From positions 1,728,001 to 1,792,000 of the forward strand of contig OZ245003.1 of the NCBI GenBank assembly GCA_965223425.1: a stretch of 64,000 nt of DNA. The letters run 5' to 3'. This stretch comes from Nitrosopumilus sp. (GTDB lineage Archaea; Thermoproteota; Nitrososphaeria; Nitrososphaerales; Nitrosopumilaceae). The translations under genes and the position numbers were made by a program. Positions 35,114 to 44,955 of the stretch are shown piece after piece (position 1 is the stretch's first letter; each line of letters begins with the position of its first letter). The notes below the pieces were generated by a model. It made no database searches. It saw only the letters and a program-made list of their open reading frames with translations, and was not told the origin of the DNA.

Positions 35114-37282
35114 TTGGTACGCAAAGAAGAACCTTTGCAGGTGCGAATTGGGGAAGCAAAGCAGAGAGACGTCGGCAAGAAACGTGCCAGGATTGGGCCT
35201 GAAGCCATGGATTTTCTCAAAGTAACTCCAGGGGACATTATTGAGGTGATGGGTTCAAGATCTAGCTGTGCAGTTGTTTGGCCAGTTGACGAAGACGAAA
35301 AATTTCCAGACATCATTAGAGTCGACGGACAGACCAGAAAAAACGTCGGTGCATCGCTAAATGATATTGTAAAGATTAGAAAAGTGACGTCAAAAATTGC
35401 AAAGACAGTCTCTTTAACACCCGTAAATGATTCAGTTACAGTAGACAAGGAATTTACTGATTTTGTTAAAAACAGATTGAAAGGATTGCCAGTTACACAT
35501 GGCGATGAGATTTCGGTGATGATTTTAGGAAATTCCATGGACTTTAAAATTACAAAAACCACTCCAAAAGGCGTAGTCAAGATAGACCGTTCTACAAATC
35601 TTAATATTTCAGCAGAAACTGCAGTTGACAGAAAAGTTCGTGTAACATATGAAGAAGTAGGCGGGCTTGGACACGAAGTCAAGGCAATGAGGGAAATTGT
35701 TGAGCTTCCATTAAAACATCCAGAGTTGTTTTCAAGATTGGGAATTGACCCACACAGCGGGATTTTACTTTATGGGCCGCCGGGATGCGGAAAAACGTTG
35801 CTTGCAAAAGTTCTTGCAAGCGAATCAGAGGCCAACATGTTTTCTATTAACGGTCCAGAAATTATGAACAAGTATTATGGCGAAACAGAGGCAAAGATTA
35901 GAGACATTTTCAAAGAAGCTAAAGACAACTCGCCAAGCATAATTTTCATTGATGAGATTGATGCAATTGCACCAAAAAGGGAGGAGGCTTATGGGGATGT
36001 TGAGAAAAGAGTTGTTGCCCAATTATTGGCACTAATGGACGGTCTTAATGACAGGGGGAATGTCATCGTGCTTGGCGCCACAAATAGGCCAGAAAGTGTT
36101 GATCCTGCACTTAGAAGACCGGGTAGATTTGACAGGGAATTTGAGATATCTGTGCCCAACGAGGATGAAAGGCTAGAGATTCTTTTAATTCACACCAGAG
36201 GAATGCCGGTAAGCGATGATGTGGATCTAAAGGACTTGTCGTCAGAACTGCACGGATACACAGGCGCAGACATCAAGTCACTTTGCAGGGAAGCTGCAAT
36301 GAAATCAATTAGAAGGTATTTACCAGAAATTGATCTTGAGACAGAGAAGATTCCTTCTGAAGTGTTACAGGCAATGCAGATCAAACTAATCGACTTTTAC
36401 GATGCTATGCATGAGGTAGTTCCTACAGCAATGAGGGAGTTTTATGTTGAGAGGCCAAAGATTTGGTGGAAGGATGTCGGGGGATTAGATGAGATCAAAA
36501 AGTCATTAACTGATAATCTCATTACGGCAATGAAAGAACCAAGTAAGTTCACAAAGATGGGCATCAGGGCGCCAAGAGGAGCTTTGATCTATGGGCCGCC
36601 AGGATGTGGAAAAACTCTCCTTGGACGAGCGCTAGCTACTGAAACTGGGGCAAATATGATTTTAGTTAGAGGTCCTGAAATTCTTTCAAAATGGATTGGG
36701 GAATCTGAAAAAGCAGTCAGGGAAATATTTAGAAAAGCAAAAGCGTCATCACCATGTGTAGTTATTTTTGATGAATTAGACTCGCTGGCACGTTACAAAT
36801 CAGGAGAGGTGGGAGTGAGTGAAACTGTTCTAAGTCAGCTGCTTACAGAAATTGAAGAGGGGGTTTCCTCGCGAGTGGTAGTAATTGGAATCACAAACAG
36901 GCCGGATATTTTAGATAATTCTTTGTTAAGAACGGGGAGATTGGATCTGGTCCTATATGTAGAGCCCCCAGATGAAAAAGGGCGATTGGATATTATCAAA
37001 ATTTTAACAAGAAAAATGCCACTGTCCAATGACATAAAACTGCAAGAAATTGCAGTAGCTACACAAAACTATACGGGCGCAGATTTAGCAGCGCTTTGCA
37101 GAGAGGCAGCAGTTCAAGCCATGAGAAATAACTCATCAAAAATTTCAAGTCAGGACTTTGCAAATAGTCTGAAGCAAGTCAAACCATCCATCACAAAAGA
37201 AGTGGATCAGTGGTACAATACGGTAAGAGAAAGTATATCTAACGTGGTGCCCAAGTCAGGAGATAAGACATTCTACGGGTAA
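35114..37282 (+). CDS. cdc48: CDC48/VCP AAA ATPase
   Basis: Two GPPGCGKT Walker A motifs, FIDE/FDE Walker B and RPGRFDRE. Confidence 0.97.
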   Translation: MVRKEEPLQVRIGEAKQRDVGKKRARIGPEAMDFLKVTPGDIIEVMGSRSSCAVVWPVDEDEKFPDIIRVDGQTRKNVGASLNDIVKIRKVTSKIAKTVSLTPVNDSVTVDKEFTDFVKNRLKGLPVTHGDEISVMILGNSMDFKITKTTPKGVVKIDRSTNLNISAETAVDRKVRVTYEEVGGLGHEVKAMREIVELPLKHPELFSRLGIDPHSGILLYGPPGCGKTLLAKVLASESEANMFSINGPEIMNKYYGETEAKIRDIFKEAKDNSPSIIFIDEIDAIAPKREEAYGDVEKRVVAQLLALMDGLNDRGNVIVLGATNRPESVDPALRRPGRFDREFEISVPNEDERLEILLIHTRGMPVSDDVDLKDLSSELHGYTGADIKSLCREAAMKSIRRYLPEIDLETEKIPSEVLQAMQIKLIDFYDAMHEVVPTAMREFYVERPKIWWKDVGGLDEIKKSLTDNLITAMKEPSKFTKMGIRAPRGALIYGPPGCGKTLLGRALATETGANMILVRGPEILSKWIGESEKAVREIFRKAKASSPCVVIFDELDSLARYKSGEVGVSETVLSQLLTEIEEGVSSRVVVIGITNRPDILDNSLLRTGRLDLVLYVEPPDEKGRLDIIKILTRKMPLSNDIKLQEIAVATQNYTGADLAALCREAAVQAMRNNSSKISSQDFANSLKQVKPSITKEVDQWYNTVRESISNVVPKSGDKTFYG

Positions 37283-37284
37283 AA

Positions 37285-37584
37285 ATGACTATTCCACTAC
37301 GAAATAAAATACATGATAAGATCAGGGAAGCAGGATCATCCATAACGGACGTTGATCTTTACAAAGTCTTGCTAAAAGAAGGGCATGTTCTTCCTGAAGA
37401 CAAGTTCAACAAGCTACTTTTGGATCTAGAAATACTTGGACTAGTCAAAGTGTCATGGATTACAAAAGATGAGCGCAGAATAGAAATCAACATTGCTGAA
37501 AAAGAAATAGACAAAGTTGAAGAGCAGAATGTAGAAATGGTGGAAAAAGACTACGAAGCCAGCTTCCCGGGATTTGAAAAATAA
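37285..37584 (+). CDS. Hypothetical winged-helix-like protein
   Basis: 99 aa directly after cdc48; LLDLEILGLVKV. Confidence 0.8.
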   Translation: MTIPLRNKIHDKIREAGSSITDVDLYKVLLKEGHVLPEDKFNKLLLDLEILGLVKVSWITKDERRIEINIAEKEIDKVEEQNVEMVEKDYEASFPGFEK

Positions 37585-37588
37585 CTAC

Positions 37589-38482
37589 TCAGAACAAAGG
37601 CATATGAAACGCCGCATCTAACGCAACGGCTACAAAAATTATTGTAAGGTACGGGGCAGTGACTTTGTACGCTTTCCAGGCAAATTCAGATGTAGGGGTC
37701 TTTGTTAGCTTGTAGTGATATGCAAGCATCAATCCGCCGGAAACTGCTGCAATTGTTGTGTAAAGAACTCCCAACCCATCTGGAATAAGCGAGAGTGCCA
37801 AAGAATAAGGAAGTAAAATTATTGTGTTGCCTAAAATGTACTTTGATGTTTTTTGCATGCCAATCACAACAGGCAACATTGGAACTTTTGCTTGTGCATA
37901 CTCGTCTTTAATCTTCATTGCAAGGCACCAAAAATGGGAGGGAGTCCAGACAAAAACCAAAAATCCAACCAAGAATCCCAACAAGTCCATGCTGCCAGTG
38001 GCCGCTGCCCACCCTGCCCAAGCTGCTGCACTACCGGCAATTCCTCCAATCACAATGTTTGAGGTGTTTAGACGCTTTAGCCAAACTGTGTAAATGATCA
38101 CATATGAAAAAATTCCAACGGCAATAAAGAAAGCAGAAACCGCATTTAATGCAAAGAAACCATAGATTACAGATACGCAGCTTACGACAAATCCATAAAT
38201 CAAAACATGAGACGCTGCCATTCGTCCAGAGGGGATGGGTCTAGTACTGGTTCTCTTCATTTTTGGATCAATGTCTTTATCATAATAGTGGTTCAACGCA
38301 CTAGAGCCTGCAGACGCTAACGCACCTGCAATAATTATGTGCAAGTAAGACCAATAATCAAGATCAGGGGCGCCATCAACTAGTTTACTTGCGGCATACA
38401 TCGAGGCGACTGCAGTAATAACTAGAAGAACTACTATCCGTGGTTTGGATATCTCCATTATTTCTTTAAATCCCAATCTCAC
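37589..38482 (-). CDS. ctaB: Protoheme IX farnesyltransferase (heme o synthase)
   Basis: NHYYDKDIDPKMKRTSTRPIPSG and WTPSHFW motifs. Confidence 0.95.
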   Translation of the reverse strand: MRLGFKEIMEISKPRIVVLLVITAVASMYAASKLVDGAPDLDYWSYLHIIIAGALASAGSSALNHYYDKDIDPKMKRTSTRPIPSGRMAASHVLIYGFVVSCVSVIYGFFALNAVSAFFIAVGIFSYVIIYTVWLKRLNTSNIVIGGIAGSAAAWAGWAAATGSMDLLGFLVGFLVFVWTPSHFWCLAMKIKDEYAQAKVPMLPVVIGMQKTSKYILGNTIILLPYSLALSLIPDGLGVLYTTIAAVSGGLMLAYHYKLTKTPTSEFAWKAYKVTAPYLTIIFVAVALDAAFHMPLF

Positions 38483-38573
38483 TCTATCCTATTCCAAAGC
38501 CATTTAATTTCTTCGTCTATAATCCATAATGTTTCAAAAGGAATAAGTATCTCAGTCCTACCAGCTATCTTAA

Positions 38574-39665
38574 ATGAGTAATTGGGATCTCATGATGCCA
38601 GGAATGGGATTAACGGCCATAGGTTTGGCAGGTGTTGTGATATCGTATGCAGGTATTGCACATACGTTCATTGATGGCATGCATGCTTTAACTGGGCTTA
38701 CTATGTTTGTAGGGCTAATTTTCTTAGCTGCAGGTATCTTGGATGGGGGGGTTTCAACTAGCAACAGAGCTAAAGCAACGACTCTGGTGATTATTTCAAT
38801 AGCGCTAGGGTTCGGAATGTTTGCGTTTACCATGAACACGTCAAACTACGTAATTACGATATCAGGAATTTTAATGGGAATTGCGTTTCCATCAATAATA
38901 ATAGCATACTTGGCAATGAAACATCCAACGATTGTAAAACCAGTCGGATCCATTGTTGCAATGGCAGGAGCGACAGGAATCATCATGTGGCTGGCATTTG
39001 GATTTGTAAGTCCTGACACATATATGATTCCTCAACAAGCTGCAGTCGAAGAAGCAATAGAGGAAGCTGCGCCAACAGGACCAATATTTTCAATTCAAAT
39101 TTTAGAAGGTTCTGCTGAACAAGGTAATCCTGATTACGAACCAGATGTTGCAGTTGTTCCGCAAGGACACATTGTTGAATGGACAAACATGGATCCAGTG
39201 GTGCATACAGTAACTAGCACAGAAGGTTTTGGTGAAATATTTGATTCTAGTTTAATTGATGTAGGCGGCGTGTATACGTTAGATACAACTGATTTAGAAG
39301 CTGGAGAATACGAATACCTATGTAGCTTACATGCTTGGATGGTTGCAACACTAGTCATTGAAGGGCCAAAAGAACCAGTCAAAGTTGTAATTCCAGAAGG
39401 AGCTGCGATTCCAGAAGAGGGGCAAATCTACTACGATCCTCAAGTAATTGACATACCAGTCGGGACAACTGTTGCATGGGATAATGTAGAGAACATGGTG
39501 CATACAGTAACTTCAGGCAAACCACCTGTAGATTCAGATGGGTTGTTTGACTCGGGAGTGATGGAAGCTGGGGATGTTTTTGAATTTACGTTTACAGAAC
39601 CAGGAAATTACGATTATTACTGCACATTCCATACATGGATGGTAGGAACTGTTAACGTAGAATAG
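38574..39665 (+). CDS. Membrane-bound blue copper protein with two cupredoxin domains
   Basis: Five TM helices, then HTVT...YLCSLHAWM and HTVT...YYCTFHTWM. Confidence 0.92.
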   Translation: MSNWDLMMPGMGLTAIGLAGVVISYAGIAHTFIDGMHALTGLTMFVGLIFLAAGILDGGVSTSNRAKATTLVIISIALGFGMFAFTMNTSNYVITISGILMGIAFPSIIIAYLAMKHPTIVKPVGSIVAMAGATGIIMWLAFGFVSPDTYMIPQQAAVEEAIEEAAPTGPIFSIQILEGSAEQGNPDYEPDVAVVPQGHIVEWTNMDPVVHTVTSTEGFGEIFDSSLIDVGGVYTLDTTDLEAGEYEYLCSLHAWMVATLVIEGPKEPVKVVIPEGAAIPEEGQIYYDPQVIDIPVGTTVAWDNVENMVHTVTSGKPPVDSDGLFDSGVMEAGDVFEFTFTEPGNYDYYCTFHTWMVGTVNVE

Positions 39666-39667
39666 AT

Positions 39668-40060
39668 TTGCAGAAAATAACTTTATCCCAATCAGATAAA
39701 AAAATTCTTGCTGAACATGCAGAAAATGAAAAGCCTAACGAATCATGTGCAATACTGTTTGGCAGAGGCAGCCTTGTCTCAGAGGTGTTCTTAACAAAAA
39801 ATATTGAAGAGTCTTCAGTTAATTTTACCATTTCAAATGAACAGTTAATTGAGGGGTACGACATTGCAGAAGAAAAAAAGTTGGAGGTGATAGGCATATT
39901 TCACTCACACCCTGATTCAGACGCATACCCATCAGATACTGACAAAAAATTCATGCAGAGCAATCCGGTAGCATGGATAATTTATTCAGGAGTCAGCAAA
40001 GACTTCAGAGCATATATTCTTGAATCAGACATTATGGAAATTCCAATCAAGGAAAAGTAA
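39668..40060 (+). CDS. JAMM/Mov34 metalloprotease
   Basis: PNESC and FHSHP...PSDTD motifs. Confidence 0.92.
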   Translation: MQKITLSQSDKKILAEHAENEKPNESCAILFGRGSLVSEVFLTKNIEESSVNFTISNEQLIEGYDIAEEKKLEVIGIFHSHPDSDAYPSDTDKKFMQSNPVAWIIYSGVSKDFRAYILESDIMEIPIKEK

Positions 40061-40061
40061 C

Positions 40062-40250
40062 TCAGGGCTTTAAGCTAAAAGTGGCACTTTTGCCATCTGC
40101 TTTGTTTAGAACGGTTTTGTCAGGAGAAATAATTTTGCCAAGAATATCAACAGGGGACGCGGGGATAATCTCTCCAGACTTTCCAATTGGGGTAGGACCA
40201 TAAAACAAGCATATTGCTTTTCCGCTTGTTGGTTGATAAATAATTTTCAT
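40062..40250 (-). pseudogene. C-terminal fragment of a cyclophilin-like (DUF369) protein
   Basis: GKAICLFYGPTP...PASPVDILGKI; the N-terminal half is replaced by AT-rich DNA. Confidence 0.6.
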
Positions 40251-40308
40251 TTTAATAATAAAACAATGAAAAAGAAGATGATAGATGTATGTCAAAGTTT
40301 GATATAAT

Positions 40309-40686
40309 CTAAAGATTTACTTGTTTTCTAATCTCTGTTGGAAAATCACAAACTATTCCAAATCTAGAATTTATTTCGTTAGTAACAACATCTGATTTTG
40401 TGCCGCCTTTAACTCTATGAGGTGAAAAAAATCCGGTATCACAAGATGCAATATAGAAGTTAACATGACCACTGTTTGCTTCGATTTGTCGTTTAATCGC
40501 TATTGCTTCAGCCAGAATTCTACTGTCTCCAAGATTAGGATGTTTTCTCATAAATTTTTCTACCTGAACAGCCTCACGGTTAACTTGTAATCTATGGGCA
40601 CGGTAGGCTTCAGCTTTTAAGCTAGCCTTCCATTTTGAATTCACTATAGACTCAGTTCTTCGTTTAGCCTCAATATTACGGTTCAT
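40309..40686 (-). CDS. PIN-domain-like protein, probably 5'-truncated by a MITE
   Basis: GDSRILAEAI...IASCDTGFF resembles the C-terminal acidic motifs of PIN; the ORF starts 2 nt from the MITE. Confidence 0.5.
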   Translation of the reverse strand: MNRNIEAKRRTESIVNSKWKASLKAEAYRAHRLQVNREAVQVEKFMRKHPNLGDSRILAEAIAIKRQIEANSGHVNFYIASCDTGFFSPHRVKGGTKSDVVTNEINSRFGIVCDFPTEIRKQVNL

Positions 40687-40688
40687 TG

Positions 40689-40774
40689 GGTTCTGTCAAG
40701 TTATCGTGTGTTTATGGATCTGAAAATTATATGATTCAGTATTTCATGCTAGCACACGACAACGTTACAGAACC
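40689..40774. mobile_element. 86-bp MITE with IS6-like ends
   Basis: GGTTCTGTCAAGTTAT...ACAACGTTACAGAACC; identical to 41205-41290. Confidence 0.9.
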
Positions 40775-40779
40775 TCAAT

Positions 40780-41157
40780 ATGATCAATTTTAAATATAGG
40801 TTGATTTTTTACAAGTCTGTGAACAAGAAACTTTTTGTTGTTTTGATGACAGTTTGTATGAGTGTGCCGATAATTTATGCACAGACTGATGACATGTCAT
40901 TATCAGAACAAATAAACAAACTAGAGAAAGAAATGGAAAATAAAGACATGTTAATTTTGGAGCAGGTGAAAGTTATAAATGAACTGTACCTACAGGTCAC
41001 AATGCAGTATGAACCCTTCTCACTTGAAAAATTCCCAGATACTGACGGATTCAATCCTCTGTGGCTTGAAAACGAACGTGATAAAATCCATCAGACATGT
41101 ATTGATGCTGAATCTGACGGATATCACAATTTAAAATACTGCAAACACATATCATAA
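40780..41157 (+). CDS. Secreted hypothetical protein between two MITEs
   Basis: Signal-like segment (VNKKLFVVLMTVCMSVPIIYA), coiled coil and two C-terminal Cys. Confidence 0.65.
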   Translation: MINFKYRLIFYKSVNKKLFVVLMTVCMSVPIIYAQTDDMSLSEQINKLEKEMENKDMLILEQVKVINELYLQVTMQYEPFSLEKFPDTDGFNPLWLENERDKIHQTCIDAESDGYHNLKYCKHIS

Positions 41158-41204
41158 TTTAAAATACTGCAAACACTTGATCCCATCACACGAAAAACAG
41201 AATA

Positions 41205-41290
41205 GGTTCTGTCAAGTTATCGTGTGTTTATGGATCTGAAAATTATATGATTCAGTATTTCATGCTAGCACACGACAACGTTACAGAACC
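41205..41290. mobile_element. 86-bp MITE with IS6-like ends (direct copy)
   Basis: Identical to 40689-40774. Confidence 0.9.
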
Positions 41291-41352
41291 GGCAAAAAAC
41301 CCTTGCGTAGTAAGAGTTGTGGAATTAAATATCCCTTTTTTTGAGGACTATC

Positions 41353-41610
41353 ATGGAAATTCACGTATACGACACCTATGTCAAGGCAGCAGACGGTCAT
41401 ACTATGCACTTTGATGTAATTACCGGTGAAAAAGATCACAACAAGGCCATAGCATATGGCAAAGAGTGGCTAAAGTCAGTTGGTGAAGGAGAAGCAGAGA
41501 TGACAACAAATGAATGCCAATTCTGCCACTCACAAGGTGCACCAGAGCCTGTTGAACAGGCAATTAAGGAAAACGGCTACTTTATCCAAAAAATGGAAGG
41601 CTGTCCTTAA
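41353..41610 (+). CDS. DUF2024-family protein
   Basis: HVYDTYV, MHFDV, CQFCHSQ and MEGCP motifs. Confidence 0.85.
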   Translation: MEIHVYDTYVKAADGHTMHFDVITGEKDHNKAIAYGKEWLKSVGEGEAEMTTNECQFCHSQGAPEPVEQAIKENGYFIQKMEGCP

Positions 41611-41667
41611 TCATTTTTCCTTTTTCTATAAGATCATATTTTTTAGATTAATCAATGCAGGGATAAC

Positions 41668-41850
41668 ATGTCCGAACACAAATATTCAAAGTGGACAGTG
41701 GAGGGGGAAAAGAAGACAGAATGGATTTGCGGGTGTTTCCTAACGGCAGACAACTATTTCAAATTCTGTGATAAACATAATGACACTTTGAAAAAAGCAA
41801 TTCAAGCTCAGATTGATGAGTTAGATATGACGCTAATCGTTGAGGATTAG
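41668..41850 (+). CDS. Small hypothetical protein
   Basis: WICGC...FCDKH motif. Confidence 0.7.
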   Translation: MSEHKYSKWTVEGEKKTEWICGCFLTADNYFKFCDKHNDTLKKAIQAQIDELDMTLIVED

Positions 41851-43886
41851 ATGGCAAGTACTGCGACAAATGCAGATACAAAGACGATTGCAATTGTGTT
41901 TAGTAATTTGATGACGGTGTTAAGTGCAGGTCCTGCAGTATCCTTGTATGGATCGCCAATAATATCACCTACTACTGCGACCTTGTGTACCTCGGAGCCT
42001 TTCTCGCCTTTCATCTCAACTAGTTTCTTTGCATTATCCCATGCGCCGCCAGTGTTTGCCAGATGGTATGCCAACAGGATTCCAGTGACAACTGAGCCCA
42101 TTAACAATCCTGCCACAGCAGTTGGGCCTAACAGTATTCCCAGAATTATTGGGGAAGTAATTGCTACAATTGCTGGCTTCCAAAGTTCTTTGATTGATGC
42201 GACAGTTGCAATATCCACACATTTAGCATAATCTGGCTTTGATTTTCCGGTAAGAATTTCAGGGTCTGATTTGAATTGTCGTCGGACTTCATCTACCATT
42301 TTTCCTGCGGCCCTAGACACGCCATTAATGAGTTGGCCTGTAATGATAAACGGAATCAGGCCACCGATCAACAAGCCAACAATAATGGCAGGGTTTGTCA
42401 AGCTGTAATCTAACTCTAAGATCCCTTCAAAAATATGAGATGCCTCAAATTGGAACGCCTGAATCATGGCCAAAGCAGCTAACGCAGCACTGGCAATTGC
42501 AAACCCCTTTGTAACTGCCTTGGTGGTATTTCCAACCGCATCAATTTCATCTGTGACTTTACGGTTTTCTTCTCCCATCCCAGTCATCTCTACAATACCG
42601 CCTGCATTATCTGCGATTGGGCCAAACGCATCAATGCTTAGAACAATTCCTGCAAGACTCAACATCGCCATTGCAGTTAATGATGTTCCAAAGATTCCAT
42701 AAAGAACCGGATCTGCGCCTTCAGGAGCTGCAGATGATGCAATTGTATAAGACAAGATGATTGCAACGACTAGTGCAATCATGAATGGTCCCGTTGACTG
42801 CATTCCTTTGATAATTCCCATCAGGATTAATGACGCATATCCCCATTTTGCCGAATCTGCGATTTCTTTGACAGGGCCTTTTTTGTAGCTTGTATAAGTG
42901 TCAGTGATTTTTTGGATAACAGGAACCAGTATTACGCCAATCACAGTAGAGCCAAACAAAGCGTATGCTGCTGTAGATTCACCAATGAATTGCGTGATAA
43001 AGACATAGTTTAGCCCAATTGCAATTGCAGCTGAAACGTAAAATGAGCGGTTAAGTGGCTTCATCACATCTGTAATGTTTTTGGAACCAACAATTACGAC
43101 ACCAATGATTGATGCAATCATTCCAGAAGAGCCAATTAAAATCGGATAAAGGAAAAAGTTTGGCGCTCCAATTAATGCCGCAATTAGCAGTGCTGCAAGT
43201 ATTGTAACAATGTAAGATTCGTAAACATCAGAGCCCATTCCGGCCGCATCGCCGACATTATCGCCTACGTTATCAGCAATTGTTGCAGGGTTTCGTGGAT
43301 CATCTTCAGGAATGTTTGCTTCAACTTTTCCTACCAAGTCTGCGCCCATATCTGCTGCCTTGGTAAAGATGCCGCCACCAATTCTAATGAATAGTGCAAT
43401 GAGACTTGCCCCAATACCAACACCTGCAATTGTGATTGGGTCTGGATAAACCAAGTACAATCCTGTAATTGCCAAGAGAGCCATTGCCGGAACCGCTAGA
43501 CCAACTGTAGCCCCTCCTCTAAAGGCCATGGCAAATGTTTGTCCCAATCCTTTGCTGCTCAGATTTGCAGCTCGAACTGCTGCTTTTACTGTAATTTTTA
43601 ATGAAATAATTCCTGCAACTGCTGAAAGCGCTGCACCTACTGCAAATGCCAATCCGTTTGACGGGGTTAGAAATGCGCCAATAATTACCGATAATGCTAT
43701 AGCGACAGGAACAATGATTTTCATTTCCCTTTTTAGAAATGCTCCGGCGCCTTCTTTGACAGCGTTGGAGATATCCATCATTTCTTTTGTTCCAGAAGGC
43801 TGTTTTGTGATCCATGCAACCAAACCGCCGGCAACTAAAAAGGATGCAATGCCTGCGCCAATTGGCAGAATTTCAGCAGTTTCCAT
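41847..43886 (-). CDS. hppA: Membrane-bound proton-translocating pyrophosphatase
   Basis: GGGIFTKAADMGADLVGKVE, DNVGDNVGD and GNTTKA motifs. Confidence 0.97.
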   Translation of the reverse strand: METAEILPIGAGIASFLVAGGLVAWITKQPSGTKEMMDISNAVKEGAGAFLKREMKIIVPVAIALSVIIGAFLTPSNGLAFAVGAALSAVAGIISLKITVKAAVRAANLSSKGLGQTFAMAFRGGATVGLAVPAMALLAITGLYLVYPDPITIAGVGIGASLIALFIRIGGGIFTKAADMGADLVGKVEANIPEDDPRNPATIADNVGDNVGDAAGMGSDVYESYIVTILAALLIAALIGAPNFFLYPILIGSSGMIASIIGVVIVGSKNITDVMKPLNRSFYVSAAIAIGLNYVFITQFIGESTAAYALFGSTVIGVILVPVIQKITDTYTSYKKGPVKEIADSAKWGYASLILMGIIKGMQSTGPFMIALVVAIILSYTIASSAAPEGADPVLYGIFGTSLTAMAMLSLAGIVLSIDAFGPIADNAGGIVEMTGMGEENRKVTDEIDAVGNTTKAVTKGFAIASAALAALAMIQAFQFEASHIFEGILELDYSLTNPAIIVGLLIGGLIPFIITGQLINGVSRAAGKMVDEVRRQFKSDPEILTGKSKPDYAKCVDIATVASIKELWKPAIVAITSPIILGILLGPTAVAGLLMGSVVTGILLAYHLANTGGAWDNAKKLVEMKGEKGSEVHKVAVVGDIIGDPYKDTAGPALNTVIKLLNTIAIVFVSAFVAVLAI

Positions 43887-43922
43887 GTTATACTTTGCTT
43901 GCCTAAATCTGGGAAATATAAA

Positions 43923-44300
43923 TCAATTAGGGAGGACTCGGTTTCGTTTCCTGTAAGGCGCAAATGTTTTTCCTCTCAGTCCCTGCCTTACCAACTTGTT
44001 GAATCTTTTACCATGGGCAAGATATGGGAATCTCATATGGATCAATTCGTGGACTATTGTGTTTTCAAGAGTCTTCTCATCAGGAATTTTTCGGATATTA
44101 AGAAAAACTAGATTATGCTGGAGGTAAGACACGCCATAATACTTGTAGGCAGATGTTCTGCACCCCTCTGTCATTTCACGGGGCATGTCAAGTACTTCTT
44201 TTGTAACAAACAAGATCTTGGGTTCTGAAATAGAAAATCTATTTGCATAAATTCCAACTTTCTCTAAGATTTGCAATTTAAGATCAGGATCAAGCTTCAC
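43923..44300 (-). CDS. Small SprT-like zinc metallopeptidase-domain protein
   Basis: TIVHELIH...HGKRF. Confidence 0.8.
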   Translation of the reverse strand: MKLDPDLKLQILEKVGIYANRFSISEPKILFVTKEVLDMPREMTEGCRTSAYKYYGVSYLQHNLVFLNIRKIPDEKTLENTIVHELIHMRFPYLAHGKRFNKLVRQGLRGKTFAPYRKRNRVLPN

Positions 44301-44451
44301 AGGAGAGCATCACATAATCTGTGTTTATTTGGAAATGTCAATAGTTGTACGATATTTGGTTTATTTTGGTTCTTCAATTGTGAATTAATAGGGTCAGAGG
44401 TTTTAGTAGTGTAATCATTAATCATACAGCCACCGTCTCATCACACCCCAA

Positions 44452-44955
44452 CTATTCCATTAAATCAAGTAGTCTTTGTATTTTACTTTTGATGTCTGGA
44501 GTAATTTTGACTATGACTAACCCCTCGTTTGGTTGGCCATACAAAACTACAGCGTTATTTGGGGCATAAATACAAACGGGCAATACCAAAAGATCTTCCT
44601 CACCATGAACATTTAGCCGTACAGGAGGCTTCATGGCAAGAGCTTTTTTGATAAAATCAATGCTTTGAGGAGTGATTTCTGCTGCGGGGTTGTCTACAGT
44701 CAGTTCTGTAGCATTTGCTAATTTTGGCGGTTCTCTTTTTTCTCTTTTTTCTTGGCCATCAATTATTTGTAAAGAGGGAATCAGGTCAAATTCAATCATT
44801 TTTTCAGTTGTTCTGTCACCTACAGTAATGATGTAGGGGTTTTCTGAGAGATGTTTTTTGATATTTGTTTTATCAGCTTGGCTTTCAGGCAAGAGCGTCC
44901 CTAAAGGAATTTTCAGTTGATCTCTTATAGAATCCGGTAGTTTCACAGAAATCAT
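44452..44955 (-). CDS. GTP-dependent dephospho-CoA kinase family (DUF359)
   Basis: TVGD, GEEDLL and YGQPNEG motifs. Confidence 0.9.
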   Translation of the reverse strand: MISVKLPDSIRDQLKIPLGTLLPESQADKTNIKKHLSENPYIITVGDRTTEKMIEFDLIPSLQIIDGQEKREKREPPKLANATELTVDNPAAEITPQSIDFIKKALAMKPPVRLNVHGEEDLLVLPVCIYAPNNAVVLYGQPNEGLVIVKITPDIKSKIQRLLDLME

